Positions 61,058 through 64,000 of a stretch of DNA of 64,000 nt are shown one piece after another. Positions within the stretch are counted from its first letter, which is position 1. Every line of letters starts with the position of its first letter. Both the position numbers and the translations under genes were made by a program. Under the pieces are notes generated by a model. That model had not been told where the DNA came from. It did not search any database and saw only the letters and a list, made by a program, of their open reading frames with translations. Origin of the DNA: Cyanophyceae cyanobacterium (GTDB lineage: Bacteria; Cyanobacteriota; Cyanobacteriia; Cyanobacteriales; Laspinemataceae); the NCBI GenBank assembly GCA_038321985.1, contig JBBQFN010000003.1, forward strand, positions 288,001 to 352,000. Reading direction: 5' to 3'.

Positions 61058-63100
61058 ATGCTAACCACTTCAGACCCAGCAGTCATACAGACAAGCAACA
61101 GATTAGAAAAACAGCCCGAAGTTGTTTTCGTTTGTATGCCGTTTGGCCCTCTGCTGCCTTCCATTGGTGTTGGCTTGCTGAAAGCCTCACTTAAACCACT
61201 TGATATCTCGGCAAAAGCCTGCTATTTTACTCTACGGTTTGCCCAAAAAATTGGGATTTCTCTCTATAATGAAACCACGAGTGGTGAGGTTTCTGTCTGT
61301 GATTTGGTCGGCGAATGGTTATTTTCAGCGGCGCTATTTGATCGCGATCCCACGGATGTAGAAAACTTTGTGGAAGACGTATTGCGCGGACGCGAACCCG
61401 TACATCAAGGGGCTTATCCGAATCTTAAACCCGTTTCAGAAACCTTTATTCAAAATATCCTGCACATCCGCAGTTTAGTTGATTCGTTTTTAGACCAGTG
61501 TTTAGCAGAAGTTCTCAGCTATCAACCCCGGATCGTTTGCTTTACTAGCACCTTTCACCAGCACGTTGCCGCCCTTGCCTTAGCCAAGAGAATTAAAGCA
61601 GTTTCTCCAGACATTTTTATCGAATTTGGCGGGGCCAACTGTCAAGGCATCATGGGAATTGAAACCCTACGGCAATTTCCCTTTGTGAATGCAGTGATAT
61701 CCGGAGAAGGCGATAGCATTTTTCCTGAATTAATTCGCCGGGTTTTAGAGCAACAGTCGATTGCGGATATCCCGGGAGTTTATACCCGCGATACGATCCA
61801 GTTAGCTGGCACCCTTCAGGACTTAAACGCACCTGTTCTCCATGATATCAACGCCCTACCCTTACCGGATTATGACGATTATTTTGCCGAATGGGAAGCA
61901 GTCCGGCCTCACCTCACGGAAAACTATCAACCTCGGTTACTCTTAGAAACCTCTCGGGGTTGCTGGTGGGGAGAAAAAAATCACTGCACCTTTTGCGGAC
62001 TGAATGGCACAGAAATGACCTACCGCAGTAAATCGGCTGAACGCGCCATCTCAGAAATTACTGATCTGATTGAACGCTATCCCGGTTACCCGATTTCTGT
62101 AGTTGATAATATTCTGGATATGAAATACTTTAAAAGTATGATTCCAGAATTGGCGAAACGGCAGTTAGATTTAGAACTATTTTATGAAGTGAAGTCTAAT
62201 CTTCAAAAAGAGCAAATTCGCCAGTTACGAGAGGCGGGGATTACCATGATTCAGCCGGGAATTGAAAGTTTTAGTAGTCACACCCTGGAACTGATGCGAA
62301 AAGGGGTGAAGGGGTTGCAAAATATTCAACTGCTGAAATGGTGCAAAGAACTGGGAGTCACGCCGTTTTGGAATCTCATCTGGGGTTTTCCTGGGGAAAG
62401 AATCGAAGACTACAGCCGCATGACCGAACTGATTCCCTTTCTGACCCATCTGCGACCCCCCAAATGGGCGGGTGCTATTCGGATCGACCGCTTTAGTCCT
62501 CACTTCGATCGCCCCACAGAATTTGGATTTGAGGGCGTCATTCCTTTTCCCGCCTATCATCATGTCTATCCTTTGCCCCCAGAATCCGTAGCAAACCTGG
62601 CCTATTTCTTTACATTTACCTATCAGCAACCGCAACCTGTAGAGGAATACACCCAATTAGTTCGAGAACAGGTTACTATCTGGGAAGAGGCTTATCAAAC
62701 TAGCGTGTTGTTTTCCGTGAATCGGGAAGCAGACTTGCAGATCTGGGATTTGCGACCGGCTGCCCGTCAGCTTTTAATCACCCTAACGGATCCGCTCAAA
62801 GCCCTGTACCTAGCTTGCGATCGCATTCGTAGCCTCAATTTCCTACAACATTTGGCCGAGGAACAACTGAATCGTCCGGTATCCAGTGCGGAAGTGGAGG
62901 AAATGCTGCAACCGCTTCTCGTTCGCGGGTTAATGGTGGAAGAAGATCATGCCTATTTGAGTTTAGCCGTGCCCGTGGGAGAATATTCCCCAGGAAAATC
63001 TACCCTCAAGCGGCTGTTTTCCCTCGTTGCCGAGCGATCGCATCAGGTCTCAAAATTAAACGATTGGTGCGAAGTGATCGATGACTCAGGGGTGCAATAA
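61058..63100 (+). CDS. RiPP maturation B12-dependent radical SAM C-methyltransferase
   Basis: VCMPF, PSIGVGLLK, GEWLF, FGGANC (B12-binding), ETSRGCWWGEKNHCTFCGLNG, IQPGIES, RIDRFSP. Confidence 0.88.
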   Translation: MLTTSDPAVIQTSNRLEKQPEVVFVCMPFGPLLPSIGVGLLKASLKPLDISAKACYFTLRFAQKIGISLYNETTSGEVSVCDLVGEWLFSAALFDRDPTDVENFVEDVLRGREPVHQGAYPNLKPVSETFIQNILHIRSLVDSFLDQCLAEVLSYQPRIVCFTSTFHQHVAALALAKRIKAVSPDIFIEFGGANCQGIMGIETLRQFPFVNAVISGEGDSIFPELIRRVLEQQSIADIPGVYTRDTIQLAGTLQDLNAPVLHDINALPLPDYDDYFAEWEAVRPHLTENYQPRLLLETSRGCWWGEKNHCTFCGLNGTEMTYRSKSAERAISEITDLIERYPGYPISVVDNILDMKYFKSMIPELAKRQLDLELFYEVKSNLQKEQIRQLREAGITMIQPGIESFSSHTLELMRKGVKGLQNIQLLKWCKELGVTPFWNLIWGFPGERIEDYSRMTELIPFLTHLRPPKWAGAIRIDRFSPHFDRPTEFGFEGVIPFPAYHHVYPLPPESVANLAYFFTFTYQQPQPVEEYTQLVREQVTIWEEAYQTSVLFSVNREADLQIWDLRPAARQLLITLTDPLKALYLACDRIRSLNFLQHLAEEQLNRPVSSAEVEEMLQPLLVRGLMVEEDHAYLSLAVPVGEYSPGKSTLKRLFSLVAERSHQVSKLNDWCEVIDDSGVQ

Positions 63101-63135
63101 ATTCTAATCTTTTGTTGGTGAAGTACATTAAGGAT

Positions 63136-63197
63136 TCCCCTAAATCCCCCTTAAAAAGGGGGACTTTCCAGGTTCCCCCCTTTTTAAGGGGGGCTAG
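63136..63197. repeat. REP-like CCCCCTTAAAAAGGGGG inverted pair
   Basis: CCCCTAAATCCCCCTTAAAAAGGGGGA...CCCCCCTTTTTAAGGGGGGCTAG. Confidence 0.7.
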
Positions 63198-63293
63198 ATA
63201 TAGACGTACCTCATGAATGTGAAAATTGCTATAGATCTAAATCCAGGCAACAGGCCAGTACCTAGGCTGACCCTAAACAAGGAATATCAATTC

Positions 63294-64000
63294 ATGAAAA
63301 AGATTATCAAAGTTTTACGATGGCTATCTGTATTTTGGTTGATAATCTTGATAAATTTAATCGGGCAAAATTCGGCTTTTGCTCTCAGCCCTAACCTGGA
63401 ATTTGAGCAATTAACGATTGAACAGGGACTTTCAGCTAGTACGGTCTTTTCTACCATCCAAGACCAAGAAGGATTTATGTGGTTTGCTACACCGGACGGT
63501 CTTAATAAATACGATGGGTATGACTTTACAATTTATAAAAATGACCCTGGAAATAGTGAATCAATTTCTGACAATTTTGTTACAATACTTTATAAAAATG
63601 AGGGGGGGGGAATATGGGTTGGAACCAATGATGGAGGATTGAACTATTTTAATAAACTGACAGATAAATTTACCCACTATAAAAACGATCCGAGTAATCC
63701 TCAAAGTCTCAGTAATAATCATATTTTGTCCATTTATGAAGATAAAAACCAAGTCCTGTGGGTGGGAACAGAAGATGGATTCAACCAATTTAACCCCCAA
63801 ACTGGAGACTTTATCCGTTATAAAAATGATCCTAATAATCTGGATAGCTTAATTCAAAATAGTGTCACGGCTATTTATGAAAATCAATGGGGAGAGCTTT
63901 GGTTAGGAACGAAAGGAGGATTGGAAAAATTTGACCGCAATACTCAGAAGTTTATCCATTACCAACATCATCCCGATGACCCCAAAAGTTTGAGTGATAA
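63294..64000 (+). CDS. Two-component regulator beta-propeller (Reg_prop) sensor protein, runs off window
   Basis: Absent from the ORF track because it has no stop in the window; translates MKKIIKVLRWLSVFW...FEQLTIEQGLS...IQDQEGFMWFATPDGLNKYDGY...WVGTNDGGLN...WVGTEDG...WLGTKGGL. Confidence 0.9.
   Translation, partial: MKKIIKVLRWLSVFWLIILINLIGQNSAFALSPNLEFEQLTIEQGLSASTVFSTIQDQEGFMWFATPDGLNKYDGYDFTIYKNDPGNSESISDNFVTILYKNEGGGIWVGTNDGGLNYFNKLTDKFTHYKNDPSNPQSLSNNHILSIYEDKNQVLWVGTEDGFNQFNPQTGDFIRYKNDPNNLDSLIQNSVTAIYENQWGELWLGTKGGLEKFDRNTQKFIHYQHHPDDPKSLSD

Noticed and set aside
63418..63800. Two short track ORFs
   Set aside because: Shadows of the Reg_prop gene starting at 63294

Overview
A 64 kb window from a filamentous cyanobacterial chromosome, judged from dense HIP1 GCGATCGC octamers, chlL/chlN, crtQ, Tic20/Tic22 and hpsE-type genes; Oscillatoriales is an inference. 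Most of it is housekeeping or signalling: malic enzyme, crtQ, cobQ, rpsF, rplU-rpmA, hemB, tsaC-prmC, tRNA-Pro, nhaS3, ilvN, chlL-DUF5331-chlN, hemW, an hpsE glycosyltransferase cluster and several kinases. Two accessory regions stand out. (1) About 29.9-38.7 kb is a conflict/RNA island punctuated by three unannotated paralogous 34-35 aa ORFs. It holds an 86-nt Y-RNA-like hairpin (paired ends, bulged C, T-loop-like element, own promoter) directly upstream of a TROVE/Ro60-like vWA gene coupled to an ARPP-2-like HTH gene. It also holds a Zn-ribbon gene, a non-CRISPR array of ~40-bp repeats with hairpins showing compensatory changes, an orphan PD-(D/E)XK toxin-immunity-like pair, an Rpn-like gene with a duplicated C-terminal module, and two more candidate sRNAs. 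(2) About 59-63 kb has a UPF0175/DUF3368 toxin-antitoxin module broken by a 25-bp insertion in a HIP1 site and flanked by a duplicated kinase 3' end, then a minimal RiPP-like pair (small helical protein plus B12 radical SAM methyltransferase). All family assignments come from motif recognition by eye; no database searches were run.
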